A stretch of 63,882 nucleotides of DNA, filler included, from Barthelona sp. PAP020 (taxonomy: Eukaryota): the NCBI GenBank assembly GCA_040182905.1. It is 9 parts of 9 records of this genome, joined end to end, with 100 filler letters (N's around TTAATTAATTAA, not from the genome) between each part and the next. Parts side by side here need not be neighbours in the genome. Positions count along the whole stretch, not along the records: positions 1 to 7,042 come from JARQWU010000513.1; positions 7,143 to 14,180 come from JARQWU010000514.1; 7 more parts are not named here. One strand, written 5' to 3'. This document shows, in pieces, positions 1 through 12,086 of this stretch. Position 1 is the first letter of the stretch. Each line of letters starts with the position of its first letter. The position numbers and the translations under genes were made by a program. The notes under the pieces are model-generated. The model was not told where the DNA came from. It was given only the letters and a program-made list of their open reading frames with translations, and did not search any database.

Positions 1-88
1 CACGTGCAGCATCAATGTCTGCAGAATCCCCAACTTGAAGATGAGATCTTTGTACCTTTGCAATACGAGCAATTTCAGGATTTGACAT
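1..88 (-). CDS. N-terminal fragment of an unidentified protein (runs off window start)
   Basis: ATG at 88-86 after a T-run; open frame MSNPEIARIAKVQRSHLQVGDSADIDAAR to the edge. Confidence 0.45.
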   Translation of the reverse strand, partial: MSNPEIARIAKVQRSHLQVGDSADIDAAR

Positions 89-369
89 GTTTCAAAAAAA
101 AAATCAAAGTTGACCCAATGTAAAACGTCAATATTTATCCTGATGAGAAAAGTTAAGAAGAAATAAGCTGAACAAATATGAATAAAACTAAACACATAAT
201 TCAAAGAGAATAAACAGATATCTAATTTTTTTTTACCCTTATGATTGAAAGAATGAGTTTATCCATCAAAAAAGGAATAAAAAAGAATTCAAATTCTCGT
301 TCAAACAAATAAAAAGGCAATTAAACGAAATAAAGAAACAAAAAACGAATTTATACAAAATAATACACA

Positions 370-2754
370 TCATCTTAAATTAGACATAAACAATGGAACA
401 TTATCAGTATTATTCATCAAATCTCTTTCAGCATCAATTACTGAATTGGACAAACGTAACATTGATTGAGTCAATTTTTCATTGTCGTCTTGGACTTTAT
501 GATAACTGTTCAACAGAAAATTCAATTCATCAAAACTCTTTGAAGCTTTTAGATCAATATTTTTCATTTCTTTTTTAAGTTTTTTCCCAAGACCATTGGA
601 AGTCTTTTCCAACAACTCAATTTTATCTTTCAATTCTTGAATGTCTTTTTTCATTGAATTTTGAAGTTTTTTAATTTTTTGAGTTGATTCTAAAACTAAC
701 CCTTCACATTCATTTAATGTGACAAAATTAGTGATTGATTCTGAATTTTTGTCAACAAACTTTTCATAATTTTCTTTCAAGGCATAATAGGATTTCGTCA
801 AATTAGTGTTTTCGTCACTAACTTTTTTGACCATTCCATCGAAAGTATTTAGACTCTTATGAAGTGTCTTTTGATTAAAATCTAAAGCTTTTAATGAGGC
901 TGAAAATTGTTCATTGTTGACGAAATTGTTTGCGAATTCTTGATTGTAAACAGTTTGCTGTTTATCCAAATCAGAAATTGCAATTTTAACATTATTTACA
1001 TCAGTTTCAACAGAATTCAAAATCTCACCTGCAGATTGTAAACTATTGTTCATTTTTATCAATAGTTCATCGTGTTTTGAAAATTTTTTTTTGAATTGGT
1101 TTTGAAGTTCGTCAAAAGTTTGGGGAATAATTTCAAATTTATTTATAATGAGATCAATTTCACTCTTATTTGTTTTTGATAATTCTGTTGAGATGTTTTG
1201 AGCTTTCTTAATATCTAAAATTGAATTTTGTAACAGCTGTTGATTTTTTCCGACTTCCAATATTTCTTTGGTAATTTGTTCCATACTTTGTTTAGTGAAA
1301 TTAGTAGTATTTGTAATTACGCTAGCTACCTTTTCATTTGTATCATTTTGTCCTTTAAAATAGTTATTTACAATTGAATCGTAATTATTTAATTTTTCTT
1401 TCAAAGTCAACAACTCATTATTATGCTTGTCTAAAACAATAGTCACACTATTTGTTTGTTGTTCAAAGGATTTATCAACTTCTGTTTTAATTGTGTTCAT
1501 TGATTCTCCTTGAGTTTCAAGTGTCTTCACCAGTTCATTTTCAAAATCATCAATTTCTTGTCTAATTTGCTTGATTTCACTTTTTAACAAATCAATATCT
1601 GAAATCACGTTTGTTTGGGTTTTTTCTGTTAAAACAGACGATTTTGAGTTTTCTGTAAAAATAGAGCTTAATTTCTTTTGTTGTTCAAGCAAATTATTCA
1701 TTTGTGCCGAATAGTCATTACTAAAATTTCTAATTATTTGAATGGTATTTGATTCAATTTGTTGAAACATTTCATCGTGTTTAACAAGGTTTTCATCAAT
1801 TTCACGCAATTTCTCAACAACTTGCTCAAAGTTTTCTTCAGTTTCCTCTTTAAAACCCTTGAAATCTTTATTATATTCAAAATCATCAACTTTGGTGGCA
1901 GAATAATGTTCTTTGGTGACAATTTTTTGATCAACAGAAGCTTTTTCGAATTCATCAAATTTCTTTTTTATTTCAATATTTGTTGCCTCAAGAAACTCTA
2001 TTGAATCCGCATGTTCTTGCAAAAACTCACGAATCTTGTCAAAACCATTGCGATAAACCTCGTCAGTCTCATATATCTGCTTTTCATTCTCAACAACATG
2101 ATCACTTAATTTAATCAATCGTTCTTCATTGTTTTGACATCTTAAAGATAGGTTGTCATCCAAAGTTTTGATTTCAGTACTTTTTTCACTAAGAATATTG
2201 GTGAAACCTTCAATACTGGTAAATATTGTTTCAAAAAGCTGACGATTCTCATTAACTTTGGCTTCCATTTTGAACATTTTTTCTTCCAACAAACCCATAA
2301 ATATCAATTGTTCTTGTTGAGATTTTTCTAGTAAGGACATTTTATCCAAAATGCTAGCAGAAAACTTTTCAATATTCTCTTCCAAAACAGTACAATTTAT
2401 AGAACTCTCAAGTTTAATCACTCGATCATTCAATGATTTCATTAAACCTCGTTGAGATGCAGAAGAATCTTGCAATGAACTGGTCAAAGCTAAAATTTCA
2501 GGTTCAGTTCGTTGATTTGTCTCAATTCTTAACAATCTGTCTTCCAACAAACGTCTTTCTTTTTTCTCATTGTCCAATCTATCAATCAGTTTCTTTTCAA
2601 TGAAAGTGACATGCTCATTGTCCTTTGAACGAAATTCAAATAATTCAGTTTTCAAATGATGAATTTGAGCTCGTAATTCACCTCGAACTTTTGACAATAT
2701 AACATCATCTGGATCTATATACTTTCCATAAATCCCAGTTGAAGTCGTTTGCAT
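370..2754 (-). CDS. Long coiled-coil protein, function unknown
   Basis: ~794-aa ORF rich in E/K/L/Q/N with heptad character; first ATG at 2754. Confidence 0.75.
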   Translation of the reverse strand: MQTTSTGIYGKYIDPDDVILSKVRGELRAQIHHLKTELFEFRSKDNEHVTFIEKKLIDRLDNEKKERRLLEDRLLRIETNQRTEPEILALTSSLQDSSASQRGLMKSLNDRVIKLESSINCTVLEENIEKFSASILDKMSLLEKSQQEQLIFMGLLEEKMFKMEAKVNENRQLFETIFTSIEGFTNILSEKSTEIKTLDDNLSLRCQNNEERLIKLSDHVVENEKQIYETDEVYRNGFDKIREFLQEHADSIEFLEATNIEIKKKFDEFEKASVDQKIVTKEHYSATKVDDFEYNKDFKGFKEETEENFEQVVEKLREIDENLVKHDEMFQQIESNTIQIIRNFSNDYSAQMNNLLEQQKKLSSIFTENSKSSVLTEKTQTNVISDIDLLKSEIKQIRQEIDDFENELVKTLETQGESMNTIKTEVDKSFEQQTNSVTIVLDKHNNELLTLKEKLNNYDSIVNNYFKGQNDTNEKVASVITNTTNFTKQSMEQITKEILEVGKNQQLLQNSILDIKKAQNISTELSKTNKSEIDLIINKFEIIPQTFDELQNQFKKKFSKHDELLIKMNNSLQSAGEILNSVETDVNNVKIAISDLDKQQTVYNQEFANNFVNNEQFSASLKALDFNQKTLHKSLNTFDGMVKKVSDENTNLTKSYYALKENYEKFVDKNSESITNFVTLNECEGLVLESTQKIKKLQNSMKKDIQELKDKIELLEKTSNGLGKKLKKEMKNIDLKASKSFDELNFLLNSYHKVQDDNEKLTQSMLRLSNSVIDAERDLMNNTDNVPLFMSNLR

Positions 2755-2897
2755 AAAAAAATACCTCCAAGAAAAGACCTTTTTTAATTGTTTATGATTT
2801 AGATTTTGCAAAGAAGAAATACGTAATGGATATATATGCACTGATAAAATACTATCTTTTTTGAACAATTCACTTTTTTTATATATAGAATTTTATC

Positions 2898-3305
2898 ATG
2901 AACCCAACTGAAATACCACCAAATGAAACAATTTATGTACAAAATTTAAACGAAAAGATATCGATTGCCGAATTAAAACGTCAATTGTTTGGAGTATTTT
3001 CGGAATATGGTTCGATTTTAAAAATTCATTGTTGCAAAACTCTTGAACGACGTGGACAGGCATTTATAGTTTTTACAGATATTAATTCAGCGAAAAAAGC
3101 TGTCACTCATGCTCAAGGTAGAATTTTTCAAAACAAACCAATGAAAGTTTTTTTTGCCAAACAAAAGTCTGATATTTTATTGCAACATCAAGGCATTTTT
3201 GACCCAAATATTATTATAGAACGCAGAGAAAGAAGAAGAAACAATAAAACAGAAAAACAAACGGATAATAATGAGAATTTGAAGAAAGAACCATTCATCA
3301 TATGA
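2898..3305 (+). CDS. U1A/U2B''-family snRNP protein (single RRM)
   Basis: PNETIYVQNLNEKI (RNP2) and KTLERRGQAFIVF (RNP1), followed by AKQKSD; second RRM absent. Confidence 0.9.
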   Translation: MNPTEIPPNETIYVQNLNEKISIAELKRQLFGVFSEYGSILKIHCCKTLERRGQAFIVFTDINSAKKAVTHAQGRIFQNKPMKVFFAKQKSDILLQHQGIFDPNIIIERRERRRNNKTEKQTDNNENLKKEPFII

Positions 3306-3606
3306 GTTTGGTGAGCTCCTATTTCAGTAAATATATGAAGAACTTTTTTTTTTTCAAAAATTTATTGAAAAGGAACCCTTTTATTCTTTTCTAGTTGATA
3401 GTTGAAATTTGGTTGCGGTAAAGCAAAAGTAAAGACAATTTTTAAGAAAATAATAATGACTACAGGGGAATTCTAATTGGATGATAATTGAATGAAAAGG
3501 ATTGAATGTTTAAGTAACAAACCGAGATAATTGTCACACAGACTGTTTCTCCAAAATGAATCAATGGCGACAATTTTTTTTTATTTTTTGTCATATATAT
3601 TTTTGT

Positions 3607-4167
3607 ATGACCAGTGATTATTTTAATGTAACAATAAGTGGTTTCATTGATGTGTGTGAAATTCCTGGAGAAGATGAATTATTTTGTAGGTATGATTTTC
3701 ATGCCGGAAATGAATGGAAATTATTAGATGAAGGTTTTAAAGGTGGATTATCGCAGCTTTCTCATTCTTCTATTAACAATAAAAATAAGCAGATCCACGT
3801 TTGGAATCTACCTTTAGATGCCTCCTTCAATTCTTCAAATATCGCTGGTTGGCCTCAAATTGTGATAGCTGTGTATGGAAGAGACTGGTTAGGAAGAGAT
3901 AGAATTCGAGGTTATGGTTCTCTTCATTTACCCAGTTCACCTGGCTCACATGTGAAGGAAATTCCTTTATATCGTCCAATAAATTCATCTATGTCATCAT
4001 CGATAAGGTCTTTCTTTTCGGGGCAATATCCTGAGTTTGCTGATCCACATCAACCCGCCATTCCTGATGGACACAGCGTGGTTAGAACCGAATCTATTGG
4101 TAATGTTTCCATAACTTTGCATGTAATATTAAGAAATTTTGAGGAATGTGGGTATGAGAATACATAG
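3607..4167 (+). CDS. B9D1: B9 domain protein 1 (ciliary transition zone)
   Basis: LFCRYDF..G.EW, VWNLPLD, GWPQIVIAVYG.D..GRD..RGYG..HLP..PG, GQYPEF; probable start at ATG 3607. Confidence 0.88.
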   Translation: MTSDYFNVTISGFIDVCEIPGEDELFCRYDFHAGNEWKLLDEGFKGGLSQLSHSSINNKNKQIHVWNLPLDASFNSSNIAGWPQIVIAVYGRDWLGRDRIRGYGSLHLPSSPGSHVKEIPLYRPINSSMSSSIRSFFSGQYPEFADPHQPAIPDGHSVVRTESIGNVSITLHVILRNFEECGYENT

Positions 4168-4338
4168 TATGGTGTAATTTATGTTGTAAATTTGTGTTGA
4201 TTTTTTCTATCAGATATGCTACTCGTGAATTAATCAAAGAGTTTGAAAAGATAATACTTGTCGTTGTTTTTTTTAGCTTTTGTAGTTCCAATTAAAATCG
4301 GGAAACAATAAAAATGAATGATTTTATAATTTTGGATT

Positions 4339-5272
4339 TTAAGCATCATCATCTCCATAACACTCATGTAAAAAGTGTTCTTCTAACAAAGTGAGCAATT
4401 TTCCAGCTGTAAGAGTTCGATCAAAGACTTTAAATCCAGCTTTTGCGAGTTTTCTGATGTATGAGCAACAATCTGCCAATAAGCCAGACATTTCTTTTGT
4501 TGAAATTTGTTCTTTATGTAACCAACTCATTGCGCTGCCAATAAATCCAGCCAAAATATCTCCTTGACCCCCACAGCGTCGTAAACTACCCTCTTCATCG
4601 ATAATCGAATATTCTGTACCAGAAATGACAAAATCTTCCATTCCTTTAAAAACAAAGTGACATTTGAAATCCTTCATCATCACGTAATAGTCAATCATAT
4701 TGATGGGCTCCTTTTGTTTATTTGGAGAAGGCAGGTCAACGTCCAACAGTTGCTTAAATAAAAAGGAAGCTTCTGAAAAGTTTGGAGTGACAATGAGCTT
4801 GGGATAATTTAAACATTCAATTATTGATGGTAAACATCTTATCGCATCACCATCAACAACACAATAAATATCTTTTTCAACGCATTCACGAATTATTTCT
4901 GTTGCAACTTCAAGCATTTTGGGGTTTGTTGACAAGCCACAACCAATGACACACGCATCCATTCTTGACAAGTCAATTTTCTTTTCATATTGAGGTAGAT
5001 ATGGATAAACAATCAAATCTGGATCAAATGATTTGATAGCATTGGAAGCTTTTTCATGACACAAAAGACAAACCAAATCAACATTAGAATTCAATGCAGT
5101 AATTCCAGCAAATGTGGGAGCGCCTGCATATTCTTCAGAACCTCCAACTATATGAAAGTTAGATAATTCACAAATATATATTATTACCTATCAACAGTTT
5201 TTGTTGACCCTTATAGTTTTCTTTTCTTAATTCTGGTAAAAATGCACTCAAATATGGAAAATTATCGAACAT
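4339..5272 (-). CDS. NAXD: ATP-dependent NAD(P)HX dehydratase (YjeF C-terminal/CARKD); 2 exons, 5272-5188 and 5147-4339
   Basis: Splicing restores YKGQ..LLIVGGSEEYAGAP; also IGCGL, VVDGDA, TPNFSE, KG..D, RRCGGQGDILAG. Confidence 0.9.
5148..5187 (-). other. Spliceosomal intron, 40 nt
   Basis: GTAATA...CTAAC-TTTCATATAG; removal joins two conserved NAXD segments in frame. Confidence 0.9.
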
Positions 5273-5789
5273 AAATTTAGAAAAAGTTAAAAACCATGTT
5301 ATTCAAATAAAATAAAAGTGCATTTTTCTCAAAAGGTGGATTAAGTTTGTGAACATAAAGAATTATTTGCTGATGTACACAAATAACTATTTTTGAAATA
5401 TTGGTGAAACCTCAACAACTTGTACCACAAAAGTCACCGGTATTGTTTTGTTTTTAAAAAACGGTATGTAGTAGAATCATTTGGAATTTTATGGAGATCA
5501 GTAATACTTCAAAAACAGATAATTTTCTTCTTTGTGTGTCTTATTTCACAAAACTATAATAATATATCTTTACAAAAACATTTAACATTCATGATTAGAG
5601 TTTGGGGTGCTTGTAAATGTGTTATTTGGCTTTGATGGTTCAAACACACTTTTAAAATTGGGAGGAAACACTTGAATTGTGAAGAAGACATTGGCCGAGC
5701 ATAATTTTAACTTTTATTTTCTTCTTTTTCACAAATTCTTTGTTGTGCTTATCTGAGTTTCGTTAATGAAACCTAACAAATACTCAATA

Positions 5790-6500
5790 GTTTTCAATAC
5801 GTGTTTATATCCTTGTCGTTATACTACAATTGATTATCTAGCTTTGTTCTTTCTTCAACTGTGATATCCTTTTAAAACACGAATTGCATGAAGAAACCAA
5901 AAACAACTTTATGGTGTCTTCTACAAGAAGCACGCTCACTTTTAAAAGTTTAGTTAATGTTTCAATGTGCGGTTGGTCTTTGTATGAACTTGCACACTGA
6001 CATATTTAAGAATTGAACAAATACAACTTTTGTAGATTTAAATTTGCACAGAAAAGAAACAAAATTTCATGCCAAAACTCTTTGAATATGGGATATTGAT
6101 CAAACTATAAAGAAAGAAAAGTATTTTGCAAACTTTTGAAAAGTTTCATAAGTTTCATGAAGTTTTGTTTGAGTTTTGAGCTGGCACAGCGAAATTTTTC
6201 ACATCTGAACATATCTAATTCGTTCAGATTTCAATACTTGTACGAAAAGAAAGTAACCATTTTGCACCAGAGTTCCCTCAAAGTAGAAGGGAAATTTGGC
6301 AAGGCGTAAAGAAAGAAAATAGTTTCTCAAACTTTCAAAAGTGTTCGTAGCAAAGCGGACGGTTTTCACGTAAAAGACAACATAAATGTGTTTAAGGTTT
6401 CTTCCTGCAATTTCTAATATTAATGGGTATCAAAATTAGAAAGCTAAAGTAATAATAAACCGAATCGTAAGAATTCAAAGATTAAGGATATAAGCAAATA
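5790..6500. repeat. Decayed repeat complex: inverted arms around two diverged ~190-nt tandem units
   Basis: 5882-5919 matches the reverse complement of 6375-6412 at 32/38; units ~5983-6150 and ~6174-6350 align (GCACA..TGAACA..AGATTT..GAAAAGAAA..TAAAGAAAGAAAA..CAAACTTT..AAAAGT). Confidence 0.6.
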
Positions 6501-7042
6501 AACTAGGTCAACATGAAATATCAAAGTCCTACAAAGAAAACATAAGTGGAGACATTTAAGGTGAATCAAGGGGTTAAACTAAAGTCTTACCCTTTTCTTT
6601 AAATACCCGCCCCATTTGAACCGAAAGCATTTCTTTTCAATGTTTGAATACGTTTATTTGAGTCAAGCAAAACCCACAATATGCTAGTCTGTTTCTCTAC
6701 ACCAAATCAACAGGTACCAGAGATTAATCCTACAAAGTTTCAGGCTTCAACAAGAACTTTGAGGGAAAAGAGAAAAGAATGTTTTCCGGTGCAGGAAAAA
6801 CTTTGTCGCCACTTCTGAAGAAGTTGGAATTTCAAAATTAGAAGATGTTATTGTGAAACGTAGCAGGCATTTCACAAGGAGGGAAAAAGAAAAGTGTGGA
6901 GAAATGCGCCAGAATTTGAATCAAGCAAAATTTCTCGTATTTCAGAATTTATCAAATAATAAAACAACTAGTTGAGCTTAAGACAAAGAAGAATCTAATG
7001 TTACTGGCTAATAGAGAATCTTGAAAGATTACAAAAGAAATT

Positions 7043-7142
7043 NNNNNNNNNNNNNNNNNNNNNNNNNNNNNNNNNNNNNNNNNNNNTTAATTAATTAANN
7101 NNNNNNNNNNNNNNNNNNNNNNNNNNNNNNNNNNNNNNNNNN
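7043..7142. other. Artificial contig linker (others at 14181-14280, 21308-21407, 28429-28528, 35550-35649, 42664-42763, 49749-49848, 56818-56917)
   Basis: Identical N44-TTAATTAATTAA-N44 six-frame stop spacers; flanking contigs decrease steadily in length. Confidence 0.97.
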
Positions 7143-7693
7143 TGAATCCCCCAATTTACTGTCACAACAAAATTCCCACAACTTATCCATAAGCAATGAA
7201 ATGAAACAATTTTGCAACTCCTTGTTTGGTAAAATGTGATTATCTGATCAATCCTTTCTTTTTTCAAAATTTTACCCAATAAAACCTTTAAAATGAGCAG
7301 AAAAATTCTTTTGAACAAAGTATTCAATTTCTCAAAGAAAGGAATAGCAAAAGCCTTTCAACACATTTCTAAGACTTTCCAATTATTTTTTACTGCATTA
7401 TTTTCAAATTTTATGGATCAAAACAACAAATTAAATGATGATTGCATGGTTTTAAAAAAGAAAAATTCAAAAGGTATTGATATGAAATCACAAGCGAAGT
7501 TCGTCAGAGGGTTCAAATTTTGTGAAATATCAATCAATAATGCCTTCAATTTCAGGAAAAAAAGAAAAAGCTACGTTTGTCTATCAAACTTGTGAAAAAT
7601 TCTGATTCACAAAGAAACATATCTTTTCCAATAAAAATCAATTGTTATTCAAAAAAGCAGAGGAAATTTTAAATTGTCTAGGAAAAATTTACA

Positions 7694-9370
7694 ATGACTT
7701 TTTCTCACTATCCGAACCCTCAAACACAACAATCCATCCAAAATGCATTGTCCAAGGTCGAATTAAGCATTTCTTTCAAAGATATAGTCGAATTGGATAT
7801 TGGGGCCAGATCAGACCCTATTTGTTTTGTTTATTTGATTTCTAAAGGAAATAAAATCCTTTTAGGACAAACTGAATATTTGAGGAATGCTTTAACGGGA
7901 CAATTTTCAACTAAAATTATTGTTGATTATCATTTTGAAATGCGACAATTACTTTGCTTTGATCTATATGATGTTGATGATTTTAATAATATTCAAAATT
8001 TAAAAGGTCACGACTTTATTGGGACTGCACAATGTGAAATCACTGAAATTGAAATTTCGCATCAACAATCATTAACAATGAAGTTGCAGAATAAAAAAAT
8101 AGCCAATCCTGGTTATATTACTGTCTCATCTCTTGAACTTCCAGAAATGAAGAACAGTAATGATGTTGTCAAATTTCAAATATCTGCTCGTGATATTGAT
8201 CCAAAAGATGGTCTGATATTTCGTACTTCATCCCCATTTATCAGAATTTTTAGATCAAATGAAGTTGGTTGGAATTTAGTTTATGAATCCACACATCTTG
8301 TCAGTAATCTTAGCCCTTCTTTTCCTATTTTTAATATTAATTTTCAATTATTGGCATTATGCGATATTAATCGTCCAATTAGAATTGAAATGTGGGCTTA
8401 TAGACCAAGTGGTGATCACAAATATGTAGGAGCTGTTGAAAATTCGTTAAAAGATTTTATTGATCAACAAAATATTGAACATATCGTATATTCTCAACAC
8501 AAGGCTGATAAATTAAGAAAGAAAAATGAGACTTATCATAATTCAGGGTTTATGAGAGTTTCTGTCCAACATATTCATCGAGCTAGTTTCTTAGATTATG
8601 TCCATTCTGGGTTAGATATTAATTTAAATATTGCCATTGATTTTACTGGTTCTAATGGTTCCCCTTTACAAAGAGGTACTCTTCATTATTTTGCAGAAGG
8701 AGCAACTCAATATGAAGAAGTTTTAAGCATTATTGGTAGTATTCTTGCACCATATGACCGTGATCAAATTCTTAGAGCGATGGGATTTGGAGCAATTCTT
8801 GGATCAAACACTACTGTTGATCATATCTTTCCTCTGGCAGATTATTCAGGAATGTCTCAACAATCTTTTTCTTTTGAATATAATGGGTTACATGAAGTTA
8901 TTGATGCTTACAGAAAAACAGTTTCTTCAGTTTCTTTTCGAGGACCCACTGTATTTAGTAAAGTGATTGAGGATGTTATTTCTGTGGCCAAAGAAAATAT
9001 TCCATCTTCCACGAATCCTGGTTCGTATCAAATATTATTGTTATTAACCGATGGTTTGATGAATGATACAAGACAAACCATTAATGCTATTGTTGAATCA
9101 TCAGAATACCCCATTTCAATTATTATTGTTGGTATTGGTAATGCAGACTTTAGTCAAATGCATATGTTAGATGCTGATGATGAAAGATTAATTTCAAGCA
9201 GTGGACAAAAACAAAAATTTGACAATGTTCAATTTGTTCCTTTCAATGAGTTCAAATTTGATCTTCAATTGTTAGCTTCTGAAACCCTGTATGAATTACC
9301 GGGTCAATTAATTACATATATGCATGATCACAATGTTCCTGTAATAAATCAACCATATGTTGTTTTGTAA
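7694..9370 (+). CDS. Copine (C2-C2-vWA)
   Basis: SDPIC..., FDLYDVD, HDFIG; AIDFTGSNG, YDRDQ..MGFGA, GPTVF, LLLTDG, PISIIIVGIGNADF. Confidence 0.95.
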   Translation: MTFSHYPNPQTQQSIQNALSKVELSISFKDIVELDIGARSDPICFVYLISKGNKILLGQTEYLRNALTGQFSTKIIVDYHFEMRQLLCFDLYDVDDFNNIQNLKGHDFIGTAQCEITEIEISHQQSLTMKLQNKKIANPGYITVSSLELPEMKNSNDVVKFQISARDIDPKDGLIFRTSSPFIRIFRSNEVGWNLVYESTHLVSNLSPSFPIFNINFQLLALCDINRPIRIEMWAYRPSGDHKYVGAVENSLKDFIDQQNIEHIVYSQHKADKLRKKNETYHNSGFMRVSVQHIHRASFLDYVHSGLDINLNIAIDFTGSNGSPLQRGTLHYFAEGATQYEEVLSIIGSILAPYDRDQILRAMGFGAILGSNTTVDHIFPLADYSGMSQQSFSFEYNGLHEVIDAYRKTVSSVSFRGPTVFSKVIEDVISVAKENIPSSTNPGSYQILLLLTDGLMNDTRQTINAIVESSEYPISIIIVGIGNADFSQMHMLDADDERLISSSGQKQKFDNVQFVPFNEFKFDLQLLASETLYELPGQLITYMHDHNVPVINQPYVVL

Positions 9371-10053
9371 ATTTGTGCTAGTTTTGTATTTTTCATCAGT
9401 TCTGTTTTTCTTGACACTTTCAAAGTACAATTTGGTAAAGAAACAATTTAAACATTTTTTGTTGGTCTCAACTCCTGCAAATAGCATTTAATTTTATGTT
9501 GTTTTGTTCTCATTATTTTATTAGCATATTGGCTGGGTTTCCCTCAAAAGTTGTCAATTTAGTTTTTTCTTGAGCAATCACTATTTCACAGTCACTAATT
9601 ATTGAAAACTAGCATAGATTTTGGATTTACCCTTTCTTTGCTGGATACAAACCAAATGAAACTCCAATAATGGACAAGATATACACCTGATATGCTCTTT
9701 ATTATTTATTTTTGGAAAATTATTCTGCAAAAAGAAGAGAAAGAAATATATGATCTCATTAACGAAAAATAAAAGGAAATAATTTTAGTCTTTAATTTAT
9801 TTATCCTAATTTTGAGAAGTTTTCCTCAGTTTAATGTTGAACTTCAAAAAGAAAAATCAATTATCAAAGTTGTTTCAAGATAATTTCAGTTTGTTTTCTT
9901 TAAAACACTCAAAAACAGAAAAAGGAGTTTTTTTGAGTAATTGATAAGGTTTTTTTTTTTTTTTCAAAAGATTTACAAAGGAAAAAGACGAAATTCTTTT
10001 TCTTCTGTTATTTCATTTTCATTTTTATTTAAAATCTTGCTATTGAAAACAAG

Positions 10054-11214
10054 ATGACAGTTGAAGTGAATTGGGATCGATATCGATTGATTAATGATGT
10101 TAACCATTACTATGTTTTTGATATTTTTGTTAACTCAATAATCCAAATTACAGACATTGAATCATTAATTTTTGGAAAAACTAATGATTCAATATCATAT
10201 TTACTTGACTCAAAATCGAAAAAATACTTACTAATTTGTCAATGTGACAAAGGTCTTTTATGTTTATCAATTGAATTGGAAAACCACAATTTATCATGTA
10301 ATTTTGTACAATTTTGTGTTACTAATGAAAATATACCACACATTGATCATTTTGTACTTACTTCCACATCTATCTTGGGTTATTCTTTTTCAATAAAAAG
10401 CGTCATTGTTCATAAATTAAAAAAGACAAATCAAAATGATTTTTCAAGTGAATCAGCATTTGATTTTTTCAATCCAGCAGATATTTATGAATTTACCAAA
10501 CAAATGACTATGGATGAGGATAAAGCACATATGTGTTTTGAAGAAAGTTGGTTCAAAGATGGTGATGAATGCCACAAATTTAAAAAGAAAATTTCGTTTC
10601 GTGGGGAGTATTTAAATCAATTTCCAGATTTATCAACAATTGATTGTGAGTCAATTTGTCATGAAACTTTTTTTCTGAAGAATGCAAAATTAGCAACTGT
10701 TTTCGGTGAATGTTTTTATTGTTTGGAAGACAAACTACCTAAATTTCCTTTCAGAATTTCAAAAACCAATAGTTCTTTAATAATTGTATCTGATTTTAAT
10801 TGTCAAGTAATTTTAATCCAAAAAATTAAGAAAAAACGACAATTGTTGTATGTTTTACCTGAAAAAAACCGTAATCCCATTAAAAAATTAAATATAAAAA
10901 ATGTTCATGAAATAAGAATGCTTTTTGCAGATAATTATGCCAAAAGAGAAGAAAAAGATGTTTCTTCTGATTATGAAATAATTCTTGATCAGTTCACTGA
11001 TTATTCTGATTTTGAATCCAATTATAATGACAGTAATTACTTTAAAACTGATGAAGATGAGTCAAATCTAAACGTTTTTGATAAATTGGATGACAAAGCA
11101 ATTATGTTCTTCAATAATTTTCACAATTCATTTGGAAATTGGCATTTAATTATGGATCATATAAATGATAAACTTGACAGATGTTTGGAACAACTTTGTA
11201 ATTATCGTGATTGA
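10054..11214 (+). CDS. Hypothetical protein
   Basis: 386-aa ATG-initiated ORF; no recognised motif. Confidence 0.6.
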   Translation: MTVEVNWDRYRLINDVNHYYVFDIFVNSIIQITDIESLIFGKTNDSISYLLDSKSKKYLLICQCDKGLLCLSIELENHNLSCNFVQFCVTNENIPHIDHFVLTSTSILGYSFSIKSVIVHKLKKTNQNDFSSESAFDFFNPADIYEFTKQMTMDEDKAHMCFEESWFKDGDECHKFKKKISFRGEYLNQFPDLSTIDCESICHETFFLKNAKLATVFGECFYCLEDKLPKFPFRISKTNSSLIIVSDFNCQVILIQKIKKKRQLLYVLPEKNRNPIKKLNIKNVHEIRMLFADNYAKREEKDVSSDYEIILDQFTDYSDFESNYNDSNYFKTDEDESNLNVFDKLDDKAIMFFNNFHNSFGNWHLIMDHINDKLDRCLEQLCNYRD

Positions 11215-11402
11215 TGAACTTATAAATATTTTTCTTTTTGTTTTTTTCATGTAAATTATGATTTTTAAAGATGAAATTTGTTATTTTCAATTTAAAAAAA
11301 CAAAGAATAACACAACCATGGTTGAAAAAGAAGAAAAAAAAAGAATCGCAATCAATTTTATAAAACACAAAACTCTTTCACAAAATTACAGCATAAAGAA
11401 AA

Positions 11403-12086
11403 CTAACGATGAATTTTAACACGAAACTTTATTGGGTCAGTATTAATATCTGTTTCAACAATGCCCAATTGACCTAACCAAAATTCCATAAACTCAGCAT
11501 TTACATTTTCACCATGAAAATATTCAGGTCCATCAAAAGAACCAATAAGTTTGTGATTCGAGTAAACGACAACACAAGGAACATTAGCATCTGGAAATCC
11601 TTCTGAAGCAGAAGTGGCAATAATGTAAACAAATTTAATGAAAGCAAATTTTGGAGCAATTTCATTTAAAACTTGCAAAAGTTTCACCGAAGCAACAATA
11701 TATTCTTGATGCAACAAACATATTGTCCATTCTTCGTCTGAATCAGTCACTTCACTGACATATTCTTGTCGATTAATGTATTTTACAGTTCCAAATTTAT
11801 TCCGTTCTCTTTGGGCTTTCAATTGCTCCAATTTTTGACCTTGATAAGCTTTAAGAAAGGCTTCATCATCTGAATCAACGCTCAAATCTGACAGATCTGA
11901 TTCAGATTCATCAACAAGTTCTCTCAAAGCTTGTGTCTTTAACTCACTCATTCTCTCTTTTTCCACATCATAAAATTGTTCTTGAGTATGAGAAATCGCC
12001 CAAATTTTATCTGGATTCACATTTTTTGATTTTTCTGCCCATTTCATGTGAAACTCAGATGGTCGTTCCCAATTGTAATTTGCCAT
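11403..12086 (-). CDS. Phosducin-like protein (PhLP2/PDCL3 type)
   Basis: DDEAFLKAYQGQKLEQLK..KFGTVKYI..EYVSEVT, IKFV.I.A, FPDANVP; probable start at ATG 12086. Confidence 0.88.
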   Translation of the reverse strand: MANYNWERPSEFHMKWAEKSKNVNPDKIWAISHTQEQFYDVEKERMSELKTQALRELVDESESDLSDLSVDSDDEAFLKAYQGQKLEQLKAQRERNKFGTVKYINRQEYVSEVTDSDEEWTICLLHQEYIVASVKLLQVLNEIAPKFAFIKFVYIIATSASEGFPDANVPCVVVYSNHKLIGSFDGPEYFHGENVNAEFMEFWLGQLGIVETDINTDPIKFRVKIHR

